A stretch of DNA of 63,986 bases, the filler included, from Octopus bimaculoides (Eukaryota): the NCBI RefSeq assembly GCF_001194135.2. It is 6 parts of 5 records of this genome, joined end to end, with 100 filler letters (N's around TTAATTAATTAA, not from the genome) between each part and the next. Parts side by side here need not be neighbours in the genome. Positions count along the whole stretch, not along the records: positions 40,436 to 51,951 come from NC_068985.1; positions 52,052 to 56,537 come from NC_068988.1; positions 56,638 to 62,743 come from NC_068991.1; positions 62,844 to 63,986 come from NC_068999.1; 2 more parts are not named here. One strand, written 5' to 3'. The notes below the pieces were generated by a model that searched no databases, was not told the origin of the DNA, and saw only the letters and a program-made list of their open reading frames with translations. A program made the position numbers and the translations under genes. Each line of letters begins with the position of its first letter. Positions within the stretch are counted from its first letter, which is position 1. Shown one piece after another: positions 49,901 to 63,104 of the stretch.

Positions 49901-51242
49901 TCCTTTTCCATTTCTCCCTCGCTCACACACTCTCTCTCTCTTTCTCTTTTATTCCCCCCCTCACTCTCTTATACTACTATTACTAAACTACCGCTCCTCC
50001 TCCTTTCTGTCTCAAAACTTCATCATCCACTCTCTTTTATTAATCTGTCTCCAGCTTACTGTACATATAAATGTACGTGTGTGTAAATATATTTATACCT
50101 ACCTACCTACCGACCTACCTACCTACTTGCATACATACATACATACATACATACAAACATACATGCATGCACAGAGACTACATACACACATACACATATA
50201 CATCCGTGCATTCATACCTTATGAAAATGAACGGCTCAATCATAAATATGAACATAGCTTGCTAATACACACACACACACACACATACACTCACCAAATG
50301 ATTTCCAATAAATAGAAACCCTATCCTTTTGCCGGGTAGGNNNNNNNNNNNNNNNNNNNNNNNNNNNNNNNNNNNNNNNNNNNNNNNNNNNNNNNNNNNN
50401 NNNNNNNNNNNNNNNNNNNNNNNNNNNNNNNNNNNNNNNNNNNNNNNNNNNNNATATATATATATATATATACATACATATACCTTCAGTCATTAGACCG
50501 CAGCCATTCTGGGGCATCGTCTTCCAAACAATTGGAGTCGTGTACGAAGAATGAGGAAAGGGGAGAACAGGGAAAACTTAACACGCATGTGGTCGGATCT
50601 CGATAGAATGGGGATAAAAACTTCCATTTACTGCGGGTTACCCCTGCGATTAGTGACCCCCCCCCAAAAAAAAATAACACTCCTTCTNNNNNNNNNNACT
50701 GCGGGTTACCCCTGCGATTAGTGACCCCCCCCCAAAAAAAAATAACACTCCTTCTAAATTTCAAACATCGGATTATGGCTATACTGTGACACTACCTTTC
50801 ATGGTTTGGGCCGATTACACGGATGCTTGTCTGGTACTTATTTTTATCGAATACTGCTCAACTTACCACTTGCTGGCTGTACATAAAAGGGACACATCGT
50901 GAATAACAGTGGTTTTTAACAACCATAAGGGCAAACATAAAAACAAAACAAAAAAAAAATTAAATATAAGTGTGTGTGTGTATGTGTGAATGATGATCTG
51001 TGTTTATGTTTTACACAGGGCTAAACGCCGGCGTTGTGCCTTAGTGTGCATCATTACGTCTCACAAATTAGAAGTTCGACAAATACAATTGACAAAAATA
51101 TATAGCAAACCGAACTAAGTACTGAGGTCGATATCATCAAATATAAACAATTGAAAGCAATGCCCAAGCATGACTAGACTAGAGTGTAACTGCTGGGAGC
51201 AACAATATAATGTATTACACGTGTGTGAAGTGTTTGTGTTCG

Positions 51243-51290
<48 letters not shown>

Positions 51291-51399
51291 NNNNNNNNNN
51301 ATATATATGTATATAATACAAAGAACATATATGCATGTATACACACATATATGTATATACTTACATCTACATGTGTATATAGATGCATATCAGGGTACA

Positions 51400-51512
51400 G
51401 GACGTTAGAACAATGAACTACAGACCACGGAACCAACACATAGGAAAACAGATAGCCACTTGGAATTAATCCTTCGTCAGCTGCCTCTATTCTAACTAGA
51501 CGTTTCGATGAC
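51400..51512 (-). mobile_element. PLE pseudo-LTR-like relic with hammerhead half-motifs
   Basis: Minus-strand CGAAACGTC (51507-51499) then CTGACGAA-GGA(TTAAT)TCC (51480-51462). Confidence 0.4.
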
Positions 51513-51554
51513 ACACACATATACATATATATATATATACACATACACATAAAC

Positions 51555-51588
<34 letters not shown>

Positions 51589-51829
51589 GTACGTAGGTAA
51601 GTATACACACACGCAGACAAATTTACACGGTCATGTAAACGTTCCAAAGTATATCAAAGTATGTTGAAACGCATTTTACATATAGTAAAACATCATCTGA
51701 TGTAGAATTCAAGATGTTAAGTGGCGGGGATCCATATGTTTATTATATAAAGAGTATGAAGTGTGTGTGCGCGCGTGTGTGTGTGTGTGTGTGTGTGTTT
51801 GTGTGTTTGTGTGAGTGTGCAGATCATTT

Positions 51830-51866
51830 ATTCGGCCGAAGTTACAAAGTAACTCAGGAGCCGAAT
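51830..51866. other. Nested hairpin
   Basis: ATTCGGC-CGA-AGTTAC(AAA)GTAACT-CAGGA-GCCGAAT. Confidence 0.5.
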
Positions 51867-52264
51867 GAGTCGTCTACGGGACGTTTATCAAATTCTTTCG
51901 TGCTATGCAAAAACTCTTGGCCCGTCAGGCACCTTGTAGCTTCAGGTGTTCNNNNNNNNNNNNNNNNNNNNNNNNNNNNNNNNNNNNNNNNNNNNTTAAT
52001 TAATTAANNNNNNNNNNNNNNNNNNNNNNNNNNNNNNNNNNNNNNNNNNNNGCTGTTAGTCCAGTGTTTGTAGATTTTGAAAAATAAACCAACCAACTGC
52101 TTCTTCTGGTGTCAAGGCATCTTTTCTGTAAAACCATAAAAAGGGTTAAAAGAAAAATTAGAAGAAAGAAAATTTAATCAAATAAAAGCAAAAAGAATTT
52201 TTTTTTTTATTTTACTAATGAGAAGAAAAAATATATGTATTTTTATTTCTTTTACTAACAAATA

Positions 52265-52620
52265 ATCTACTCTAGGCATAAGGACCAAAATTTTTGGGGA
52301 GAGGGCCGGTCGATTAGATCGACTCCAGTATGCAACTGGTACTTAATTTATCGACCCCAAAAGGATAACAGGTAAGGTCGACCTCGGCGGAATTTCAACT
52401 CAGAACGTAAAGACAGACGAAATACCACTAAGCATTTCGCCTGATGTGCTAACGTTTCTGCCTTTTTACTAACCAATAATGAAAAGAAAATTATTCGTAA
52501 TATTAGGTTCTGGTTAAGGTTGCACTAATAGCATCATAAGCATGCCGCCAAGCAAAATTCTTAGCGGCATTTCATCCGTTCTGAGTTCAAATTCGGCTTT
52601 ACCATTCAATTCAAGGCTAA
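52265..52620. mobile_element. SINE B (-) at 52265-52465 and a truncated SINE B (+) at 52545-52620
   Basis: Family B motifs in opposite orientations. Confidence 0.8.
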
Positions 52621-52659
52621 TAAAATATTCTCCCAGATTGGAAAGCTGTTCCGTTGTAG

Positions 52660-52800
52660 GTTTAACCAGTTACAAAGAAGTGAACTAGAGTAATGTGAAA
52701 TGAAGTGCTTTGCTCAAGAACACAATACGCCGCTCGATTCGCGAATCGAACCCACGATCTAACGAATATGAGCGCAATACCATAACCACTAGATCATGTG
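52660..52800 (-). mobile_element. CORE-type SINE (family D)
   Basis: GTGAAATGAAGTGCTTTGCTCAAGAACAC...GAATCGAACCC...AACCACTAG, the reverse complement of a tRNA head plus CORE-like segment. Confidence 0.75.
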
Positions 52801-53170
52801 CCTATACTATTATGATATAGAGGTATATTAAATTAAATTATCTCGTACATTATTAAATAAATTTAATTTCCCTATGTCAACTAAAAGATTGGTGACAGTT
52901 TTGTTATAATATAAAACAAAAGAAAAAAGGAGAAACTGTGTTAACTTCTTTCTAATTAGAATGATTTTTGTTAATTATAATTAATCTAATTGGGAATAGA
53001 ATCCTAAGAGCGTTACCTCCCTTTATGGCAGATATTATGTAGGAGTTATTTCCCTTCCAGATTGTGTCGTGAAGATCATTTTATATTTTAGGGGTGTGAA
53101 AAGAAGTAGGAAAAAAAAAACTGATATCGATAACATTAATTTGTAGAATAAAGGATGGGAAATTCTGTTA

Positions 53171-53730
53171 TATTAGGTCGTCAAGTATGAAATTTGTAGA
53201 AAAGAAAATAAAGTTTGTTAATGTCTTATAAATACAAAGAATAGTTTTATTCATCAAAGTATGCACCGATATTGTCAATACACTTTTGCCATTTCAGCAG
53301 TAGCTTGTCCAGCCCAGAACTGTACAAGCCTGGCAATCTAGAGTCAATAAAATCTTGGAAGAACTGTTTTACAGCATCGTAGGATTTAAGTGTTTTTCCT
53401 ATCAAAAAGTTATCCAAATTCTGAAAGAAGTGGTAATGAGTGGNNNNNNNNNNNNNNNNNGGGGGGGGGGGGGAATCAGGTGAGTATGGTGGATGATGGA
53501 GAACTTGCAACTCCGACTCCTGTAGTTTTGCCAATGTCATTTTTGCGATGTGTGGTCCGGCGTTGTGTCTTGCAATAAAATAGGAATGGATCTGTCGACT
53601 AATCTAGACTGTTATTTTGTAAGTTTTTCCATCATTTGGTCCAGTTGGTTGCAGTATACTTTGGCCGTGATTGATGAGCCAGGTTTAATGAAATCATAAT
53701 GGATCACACCTGCACCAGACCACCGAAGAC
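53171..53730 (-). mobile_element. Mariner 3' half with TIR
   Basis: GVIHYDFIKPG...VYCNQL; LHHPPYSPD...YHFFQNLDNFL...WQKCIDNIGAYFDE*; TIR-like TATTAGGTCG at 53171. Confidence 0.92.
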
Positions 53731-54054
53731 ACACCATCAGCTTCTTTTGATGAATTTTGCTTTTTGGACTGTTTTGGTGTGTACTGGATACTTCTCATGT
53801 GGCACCATCACCAGTAATTTTTATGTGGCACCAACACTCACACCAATGCTTTTTACGTGGCACCTGAGTTTTAAGATCTCAATTCTGTTGTGGTGGGCGG
53901 ATCTTCTTGAATACAGCAATGTGCCACATAATTAATAATTAATATCTTCATATTAATTGATAACTTTTATTTAAAATTTATTTGAACTCATTCATTTTTG
54001 CTATCAGAATCACAGATGGCTGAACCACTAAAATGACAAACTTTCAGTTGAAAT

Positions 54055-54283
54055 ATCATCATCATCATCATCATCATCGTTTAACGTCCGCCTTCCATGC
54101 TAGCATGGGTTGGACGATTTGACTGAGGACTGGTGAAACCGGATGGCAACACCAGGCTCCAATCTAATTTGGCAGAGTTTCTACAGCTGGATGCCCTTCC
54201 TAACGCCAACCACTTAGAGAGTGTAGTGGGTGCTTTTACGTGTCACCCGCACGAAAACGGCCACGCTCGAAATGGTGTCTTTT
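54055..54283 (-). mobile_element. RTE-tail type non-autonomous retroposon with (ATG)n tail
   Basis: (CAT)n-CGTTTAACGTCCGCC..CCATGCTAGCATGGG...GGATGCCCTTCCTAACGCCAACC. Confidence 0.65.
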
Positions 54284-55325
54284 ATGTGCCACCCGCACAA
54301 GAGCCAGTCCAGGGGCACTAGCAACGGTCTCGCTCGAAAGTTATCATGTGTCGCCCGCACATGAGCCAGTCCAGGGGCACTGGCAACGATCCCGCTCGAA
54401 CAGNNNNNNNNNNNNNNNNNNNNNNNNNNNNNNNNNNNNNNNNNNNNNNNNNNNNNNNNNNNNNNNNNNNNNNNNNNNNNNNNNNNNNNNNNNNNNNNNN
54501 NNNNNNNNNNNNNNNNNNNNNNNNNNNNNNNNNNNNNNNNNNNNNNNNNNNNNNNNNNNNNNNNNNNNNNNNNNNNNNNNNNNNNNNNNNNNNNNNNNNN
54601 NNNNNNNNNNNNNNNNNNNNNNNNNNNNNNNNNNNNNNNNNNNNNNNNNNNNNNNNNNNNNNNNNNNNNNNNNNNNNNNNNNNNNNNNNNNNNNNNNNNN
54701 NNNNNNNNNNNNNNNNNNNNNNNNNNNNNNNNNNNNNNNNNNNNNNNNNNNNNNNNNNNNNNNNNNNNNNNNNNNNNNNNNNNNNNNNNNNNNNNNNNNN
54801 NNNNNNNNNNNNNNNNNNNNNNNNNNNNNNNNNNNNNNNNNNNNNNNNNNNNNNNNNNNNNNNNNNNNNNNNNNNNNNNNNNNNNNNNNNNNNNNNNNNN
54901 NNNNNNNNNNNNNNNNNNNNNNNNNNNNNNNNNNNNNNNNNNNNNNNNNNNNNNNNNNNNNNNNNNNNNNNNNNNNNNNNNNNNNNNNNNNNNNNNNNNN
55001 NNNNNNNNNNNNNNNNNNNNNNNNNNNNNNNNNNNNNNNNNNNNNNNNNNNNNNNNNNNNNNNNNNNNNNNNNNNNNNNNNNNNNNNNNNNNNNNNNNNN
55101 NNNNNNNNNNNNNNNNNNNNNNNNNNNNNNNNNCGAAACATTTCATGTGTCACCCGCACAAGAGCCAGTCCAGGGGCACTAGCAACGGTCTCGCTCGAAA
55201 GTTATCATGTGTCGCCCGCACATGAGCCAGTCCAGGGGCACTGGCAACGATCCCGCTCGAAAGATTTCATGTGTCGCCCGCACATGAGCCAGTCCAGGGG
55301 CACTGGCAACGATCCCGCTCGAACA
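54284..55325. repeat. 62-bp minisatellite spanning a gap
   Basis: Unit starts at 54284, 54346, 55145, 55207, 55269. Confidence 0.92.
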
Positions 55326-55365
55326 GCAATCTAATTCCAGCAATCCCCACCATCCATAATAAACG

Positions 55366-55573
55366 TCCTTAATCCCCAATGGCCTGTTCCCTAAATTCCT
55401 AATGGCCTGGTTTCTTAATTCCCAATGGCCTGATCCCTTAATTCCTAATTGTCTGGTCCCTTAATTTCTAAAGGCCCGGTTCCTTAATCCTTAATGTCCA
55501 GGTCCCTTAATTCCCAATGGCCTGGTCCTTTAATTCCTAAAGGCCCGGTTCCTTTAATTCTTGAAGACCTGGT
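55366..55573. repeat. 23-bp minisatellite, about 9 diverged units (CCCTTAATTCCCAATGGCCTGGT)
   Basis: Direct alignment of units. Confidence 0.9.
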
Positions 55574-55945
55574 TTATGATAAAGTAATTTAAAAGATGGT
55601 TTAGAATCAAGATTTGATAAATAAAATTCAAGAAATAAACTTACATATATCTAAAATCAATAACAGAGACAAGTTGCTGTGGATCCTGTGAGAAACAATA
55701 AATGGTAAAATAAAACCTTTAATACAATAATATATAAATTGACAAAGCACTTAGCTAAATTGAAATCTTTCTGTTATTTATAATATATATATTTAAATAT
55801 TATATATATATTTCTGTTATATATAATATATATAGATATAATATATATATTTCTGTTATATATAATATGGTAACAATTGAAGGAATAAAAAGAAATAAAA
55901 CAAAAAACATACACTAAAATTATTTATTATAAATTAGTTATCATA

Positions 55946-56346
55946 GCGCAGGAGTGGCTGTGTGGTAAGTAGCTTGCTTACCAACCACATGGTTCCGGGT
56001 TCAGTCCCATTGCATGGCACCTTGGGCAAGTGTCTTCTACTAAAGCTTCAGACCAACCAAAGCCTTGTGAGTGGATTTGGTAGATGGAAACTGAAAGAAG
56101 CCCTTCATATATATGTATATATATATGTATGTTTGTGTGTATGTTTGTGTCTGTTTGTTCCGCCCAACATCGCTTGACAACCAATGGTGGTGTGTTTGCA
56201 TCCCCGTAAACTAGCAGTTCGGCAAAAGAGACCGATAGATTAAGTACTAGGCTTACACAAAGTAAGTCCTGGGGTTAATTTGCTTGACTAGAGGCAGTGC
56301 TCCAGCATGGCTGCAGTCAAATGAATGAAACAAGTAAAAGAGTAAA
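55946..56346 (+). mobile_element. SINE family A, full-length reference copy
   Basis: GGAGTGGCTGTGTGGTAAG A-box region, GGGTTCAGTCCC B-box-like, MIR/CORE-like ACCTTGGGCAAGT, central TA/TG tract, (GAGTAAAA)-type tail. Confidence 0.92.
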
Positions 56347-56637
56347 TTATGGTTGTGCTTTCAGTTAAGAATATCTCAAGATTTAATTCATGATTTTAAC
56401 TTACCATATCAACCAGAAGTTTCCATAAAGGCTGGAGATTACAAAGAAAAACAAATGAAAATAAATAATTAAATAAGAAAAAAGTAAAAAAATCATATCA
56501 GACATTCAATATTTGACTGATAAAACTGTATTATATANNNNNNNNNNNNNNNNNNNNNNNNNNNNNNNNNNNNNNNNNNNNTTAATTAATTAANNNNNNN
56601 NNNNNNNNNNNNNNNNNNNNNNNNNNNNNNNNNNNNN

Positions 56638-56671
<34 letters not shown>

Positions 56672-57097
56672 ATATACTTATATGCATACAAACCTACAAA
56701 CATATGCGTGTGTTATATGCTTTATACATACATTTCTGCATATGAATAAATAAAATATGTGTGTTGATGTGTGTGTGTTTTCATTGTATTTTCTGCTTTC
56801 TTTTTTCTCCTGCTTGTTAGCGTTTTATAAGTTATATTTTACTTTTCAACTTTAGAATTATCAATCTACAACGTTGAAGTTAAGATAATATGCACTAAAT
56901 TGATGTATAAAGGCATGTGACACAACTCTCCAACGTAGATATTCACCTGAGTACATGCATACATACCATACGTACAAACATATATATATATATATATCTA
57001 TGTGTGTGTATATATTATGCATATGCTCGTATATATATATATACACATATACATATATATATGCATACATATATATACCCATACATAGGCATAAATG

Positions 57098-57163
<66 letters not shown>

Positions 57164-57289
57164 TGTGTGTGTGTATATATATACATTTATATACATACGT
57201 GTGCTTACATCTTGAGGATTGCATATATACTGGTATATAATATGCACATGCATTTTATTTTATTACTGCCAAAGTTAGTACACAGAGAG

Positions 57290-59000
57290 CGGCCCTGAGC
57301 CCAGCCCCTTACCGCCACCAACCTCCTCATCTGACCACCCCGTACCTCCACCATCTATTTCCGTTTTAAAATACATAAACCCGACAACCTTGACCACCCC
57401 ATTGTTCCGCTTGCAATTGACCTACAAAATTCATCTCTAAAAACCTTGACCGCATCCTGTCCCCTTTGGTTGCTGCCCTCCCATCCTATATATATGACAA
57501 CAATCACGCCCTTCGCGTCTTCAATTCTCTGTCCTTCCCTCTCGGCTCCTCACGCTTCCCTTCACTTTGCACATCAAATAACCTATACACGGCAATCCCC
57601 CTCAACGACGGTCTCTTAGCCTTCCAAAACTTCCTCGACCGTCGCTCCGACATCCCCATCCAACACTTCCACCCTTCTCTCTTTGACAGAACTCTTCCTC
57701 ACCCTCAACCGCTTTACGTTCGCTGGGGAGATTTACCAAAATGTCATCTGGCGTCGCTATGGGAACGAGAATGGGCCCCAATGTAGCTAACTTATTTGTT
57801 GGTCACATCGAGGCCCAATAATTCTCCCAATTCTCCAGACCTACCCCAGATCTATACGGCGCCTACATAGACGACTGTATAGGCGCCACCTCCCTCTCCT
57901 GCGAATAACACTCCAATTTTATCTCTTTCCTTTCTTACTTTCACCCTTCTCTCCAATTAACCTCTACCATCTCTGACACCCCTGTAAACTGCCAAGATAT
58001 CTCCCTCACCAATGACCTTCCCTTCCACTCTCTCACCACCTCTGCCTTCAAACACATGGACTCCCACTTCTATTTTGTCCTTTCCTCTTTCCATCCGTCC
58101 CACACCAGACGGGCCAATCCCTGCTCCCTGCTCCCAGTTCCTCCGCCTGCGAAGCTTGTGCAGCCGGGACCATGATTTCGAGACCCAGTCGCAATAGCTT
58201 GCCTACCTGTTGCTGCATTGCGGATATCCAGCCACCTTGTCCAAACTGCCCATGCCCACGCTCGTCTAATCGATCCCCCAACCGCACTCCATTTCTTTTC
58301 CTTTAAACGTGCTCATAACATACGCGATCTTATGGTCTATAGCACCTTCAACTCTTCCATCTCAACCCGGTCCTTCCCTTGCCCTAGATCCCGCTGTCAC
58401 ACCTGTCCTTTCACCACAAACACCACATCCCTCACTGAATCCAACCAGTACACCCTCCATATAAGAAAATCCTTCTCCTGCACATCTTCCACCCTCATCT
58501 ATTGCATTAGATGTAATCTCTGCAGGTCAAACGCGCCGCCGGCAGGCCGACCGGTTCACCCAATTAATATCAACCAATTAATATCAAATTAAAGGTGTCT
58601 ATTTACTTCTTGCATGTCTTTTTATACATATATACATACATACGTACATATATAAACGTTTCTTCTTCTAACTCTGCTCCTCCTCTTACTTTAATGAACC
58701 CTCTCTTGACCTTCAACTGCCCTCTCACCTTATCATTCCCCTTCAACACACTCTAGACTTTACCTGTTTCTCCTCGTTCCATTACTTTTTCCTTCTTCCT
58801 TGTAACATGGTTTCTCCTACCACTTCTGGTCCACATATTGCAAATGACGCTCAATTGATCATGCGTTTCTTATTAGTTGTAGTCAATTATTTTAAACTCG
58901 GTTGATGTACAGCTGTACTGTCTGTCGTTAATTTCTATCCTATCAAATTCATCGTGAAGAAAAAATTCTGTCCGAAACGTTTTATTTCCCATTCAACGTA
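57290..59000 (+). mobile_element. Decayed Penelope-like element (RT, truncated GIY-YIG, 3' UTR)
   Basis: FKIHKPDN, LPSYIYDNNHAL, NLYTAIP, GVAMGTRMGPNVANLFVG, YIDD, SQFLRLRSLCS, CPRSRCHTCP...FSCTSSTLIYCIRCNLC; GTGAAGA...CCGAAACGTT at 58953-58982. Confidence 0.9.
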
Positions 59001-59015
59001 CCTTTCCTATCGATG

Positions 59016-59055
<40 letters not shown>

Positions 59056-59929
59056 GTGTGTGTGTATTGTTAGAGAGTTACGTATTTACTGATGGTTATA
59101 AAATCTCATATGTATTCAGATATGCATCTGTAGAAATATACGCGTGCACCAACGAATATCTATATGGAGGAAAGAGACAGAGAAAGAGAGAGAGAGATAC
59201 ACAAAGTGTGGGAAAGGGGGTGGGGGTGGGAGAGCAACAAAGAGAAATGATTTTATTTTTGTGTGCGTGTTGATATGTGTACAAGTTTATGCATCTTGAG
59301 AAGTAATTGTTTCTGGCAATATATAAGGTCAGAATTTTAAATCTAAAATCAATCTGACATAATATATAATAAGAAGCGTAGCAGCATCTCAAAGGAACAT
59401 CGTGACTGAAATTCGAAATTAATTCTAAAACATTTTATTCTACGGCTTATATTTACTAGACAATTATCGTGTTCGATTACTTTGAATAATAAATTCTTTC
59501 ATTTATTGCTACATTTTATTGTACGGCATAAATTTAGCAGACAATTACTCTGTTCTATTCCTTTAAATAACAAATTCTTTTATTTATTGTTACTTCCTGA
59601 TTTAAAGAATGAAATAAAATGCACCCAATTACAACCGGAAGCACTTATGCGTCTTGAGATATATTCAGAGAAAAGTCCTGTTCTGTCGTGGTTTATGCGT
59701 TTGCAGAGATTGGAGCGACCTGTAATCTAGCAGTCATATAATCATGTCTCCACGTCTTTGGTTGTGTTTCTGACTGTATATCGTCCAATAAGTTCTTACT
59801 AACTTTGCGTGCTCCTCTGCTTGTTATTGTTTCTTCGCATTTAGCCTGTGTGGGGCACAAAACTAGGATCTAAGGTATTTAAGCAATGTACAACACATAT
59901 TCTTATTCACAGCTAACTATTGACCACAT

Positions 59930-60293
59930 TCTTTTCTACTCTAGGTACACGGCCCGAACGTCTTGTGGGAAGGGGCCAGTGGATTAGATCGACCCAAGTA
60001 CGCAACTGGTACTTAATTTATCGACCCCGAAATGATGAAAGGCAAAGTCGACCTCAGCAAAATTTGAACTCAGAACATAAAAGCAGACGCAACACCGATA
60101 GGCATTTCGGCCGGCGTGCAAACGTTTCTGCCAGCTCACCGCGTTCAAGCTATAGATTATCATTAAGCATATAAAACAGGGTGGCGAGCTGGCAGAATCG
60201 TTAGCAGCACGCCGGGCGAAATACTTAGCGGTATTTCGTCTACCTCTACGTTCTGACTTGAAATTTCACCGAGGTCGTATCTGCCTTTCATCC
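59930..60293. mobile_element. Head-to-head SINE B pair: (-) 59930-60142, (+) 60179-60293
   Basis: Family B heads in opposite orientation separated by about 36 bp. Confidence 0.9.
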
Positions 60294-61127
60294 NNNNNNN
60301 NNNNNNNNNNNNNNNNNNNNNNNNNNNNNNNNNNNNNNNNNNNNNNNNNNNNNNNNNNNNNNNNNNNNNNNNNNNNNNNNNNNNNNNNNNNNNNNNNNNN
60401 NNNNNNNNNNNNNNNNNNNNNNNNNNNNNNNNNNNNNNNNNNNNNNNNNNNNNNNNNNNNNNNNNNNNNNNNNNNNNNNNNNNNNNNNNNNNNNNNNNNN
60501 NNNNNNNNNNNNNNNNNNNNNNNNNNNNNNNNNNNNNNNNNNNNNNNNNNNNNNNNNNNNNNNNNNNNNNNNNNNNNNNNNNNNNNNNNNNNNNNNNNNN
60601 NNNNNNNNNNNNNNNNNNNNNNNNNNNNNNNNNNNNNNNNNNNNNNNNNNNNNNNNNNNNNNNNNNNNNNNNNNNNNNNNNNNNNNNNNNNNNNNNNNNN
60701 NNNNNNNNNNNNNNNNNNNNNNNNNNNNNNNNNNNNNNNNNNNNNNNNNNNNNNNNNNNNNNNNNNNNNNNNNNNNNNNNNNNNNNNNNNNNNNNNNNNN
60801 NNNNNNNNNNNNNNNNNNNNNNNNNNNNNNNNNNNNNNNNNNNNNNNNNNNNNNNNNNNNNNNNNNNNNNNNNNNNNNNNNNNNNNNNNNNNNNNNNNNN
60901 NNNNNNNNNNNNNNNNNNNNNNNNNNNNNNNNNNNNNNNNNNNNNNNNNNNNNNNNNNNNNNNNNNNNNNNNNNNNNNNNNNNNNNNNNNNNNNNNNNNN
61001 NNNNNNNNNNNNNNNNNNNNNNNNNNNNNNNNNNNNNNNNNNNNNNNNNNNNNNNNNNNNNNNNNNNNNNNNNNNNNNNNNNNNNNNNNNNNNNNNNNNN
61101 NNNNNNNNNNNNNNNNNNNNNNNNNNT

Positions 61128-61244
61128 GGAGCTTTAGGTGTTTTTTTCACTCAATAAACACTCACAACGCCCGGTCTGGGAATCGAAGTGGCAATCTCAC
61201 GACCGCGTGTCTGCTGCTCTAAGCACTGAGCCATTGCGCCTCCG
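61128..61244 (-). mobile_element. tRNA-derived SINE head (family E)
   Basis: Minus-strand GGAGGCGCAATGGCTCAGTG...TTCGATTCCCAGACCGGGCGTTGTGAG; body lost in gap. Confidence 0.7.
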
Positions 61245-61284
61245 ACGGATTGCGAATAACAATTAATTTCTAAGGAAATAACCG

Positions 61285-61329
<45 letters not shown>

Positions 61330-61335
61330 TGTGCG

Positions 61336-61372
<37 letters not shown>

Positions 61373-61863
61373 ACATATATACATAAACACATTTATACAT
61401 AGACGCATATATACATATATATGCATATATGCATATATTTATATATCTTTCTAATTATAAACATACATATATACATACAAAGATGCTTGTATTTGTATAT
61501 TTACAGCCGAATAGATACATAGAAATACAGAATACATGTGCATGTTTATGAATACATGGAGCCGTTTTATGAATGCATGCAGTCTTTTCTATATATTTTA
61601 TCAGTGATGTACAAAGACTTTTGAATGTGCATTGGTCTTTTAAATCTTGGGTACATTTCTGTTTCTGCAGATAATTATAAACACGCTGTAATAATATACA
61701 TTTTAGGTGTACGTATGTTTGTATGTATGTATGTATGTGTGGATATATATTTATATCCACAAATATATAACTTTATATCTATATCTCTCTATCTCTCTAT
61801 CTCTCTATCTCTCTATCTCTCTATCTCTCTATCTATCTATCTATTTATCTATCTATCTATTTA

Positions 61864-61896
<33 letters not shown>

Positions 61897-63104
61897 NNNN
61901 NNNNNNTATACATAAATATATATACCGACACGAACATACATACAATTCCTTTTTCTAGAATTTTCATTATTTCAACCTATTGAAACTGAAGTAAGACAAA
62001 ATATATGTTGAGATAAAATACAATACAAAACAATTTATTCTGTATTTTCTTCCAAAAATTATATCTTATCGAAATGCTTTCATCTCTCAACACAAATAAG
62101 AAAAAATGGAAATTAAAAAAAAAAGATGAAATAAATATATTAATTAAAACTTGTAATAAGTGTATCATAACGGAAATATCATTGCAAATATATTTATTTG
62201 TAAGTCTCAGTAACTTCTCGTCATGTTTAATTTCCGGATTAATTATAAACTGTTAATTTCTAATAATTATCATCCATGGAATTCGTCATATTTCAAATAT
62301 GTTCTTAATTCTGAAAAATACGACAATAATTCTCACCGCAATCGCCTTCAGCATAGTTATCGTCCTCATCAAATTCTGTCGTCGTCGTCGTCGTCATGGT
62401 CGCTGACGTCATTGTCATCAATTTGCTAATCATCATCGTCGCCATCATAGATATGGTTGTCACCAGCAAAACTAATATTTTCTGTTTGCGTGCTTCCATA
62501 TCATAACTAGTCTTCGCAGACATACAGGCTAACCACAATGTAGATGTGCTTTCTACATAGTGTCAGTACACACGCACACACCCACACACACACTGACACA
62601 CGCACACACACACACACATTAACACACGCACACACACACACACACACATGCGCGCGCACAAACAAATATATATATATTCATAAAAAACATACATGCTCAC
62701 AGTCATACATATGCATATATACATACAAGCATGCATATATATANNNNNNNNNNNNNNNNNNNNNNNNNNNNNNNNNNNNNNNNNNNNTTAATTAATTAAN
62801 NNNNNNNNNNNNNNNNNNNNNNNNNNNNNNNNNNNNNNNNNNNTTTACAACTTTAATGAATATATAAGTCATATTATAAACTAGTGTTGAGTTCCTTAAT
62901 GTACTTTATTTTTTGCTTCTGTTTTTAATGACTACATGCGTCCTATGGATGAATGAAATTCCAGATAAAGAAATTTAAAATAATTTAAATTACTTCATGG
63001 TGTTTTCTGGAATTCTTTTTGCGCATAAAATGCCAAACCTACACCACCAAATCTTGTGCCAAATGGGACTGGGGTCATAATGTGGTCGCCAGAAAAAGCT
63101 GTCA

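Noticed and set aside
50629-50756. Direct repeat of about 58 bp around a 10-N gap
   Set aside because: Same contig-overlap artefact.
54123-54142. CTGAGGA...GAAAC as a hammerhead
   Set aside because: Only 5 nt between the core halves, no stem II and no stem I.
54284-55325. CRISPR-like array
   Set aside because: Contiguous tandem units with no unique spacers, in a eukaryotic context.
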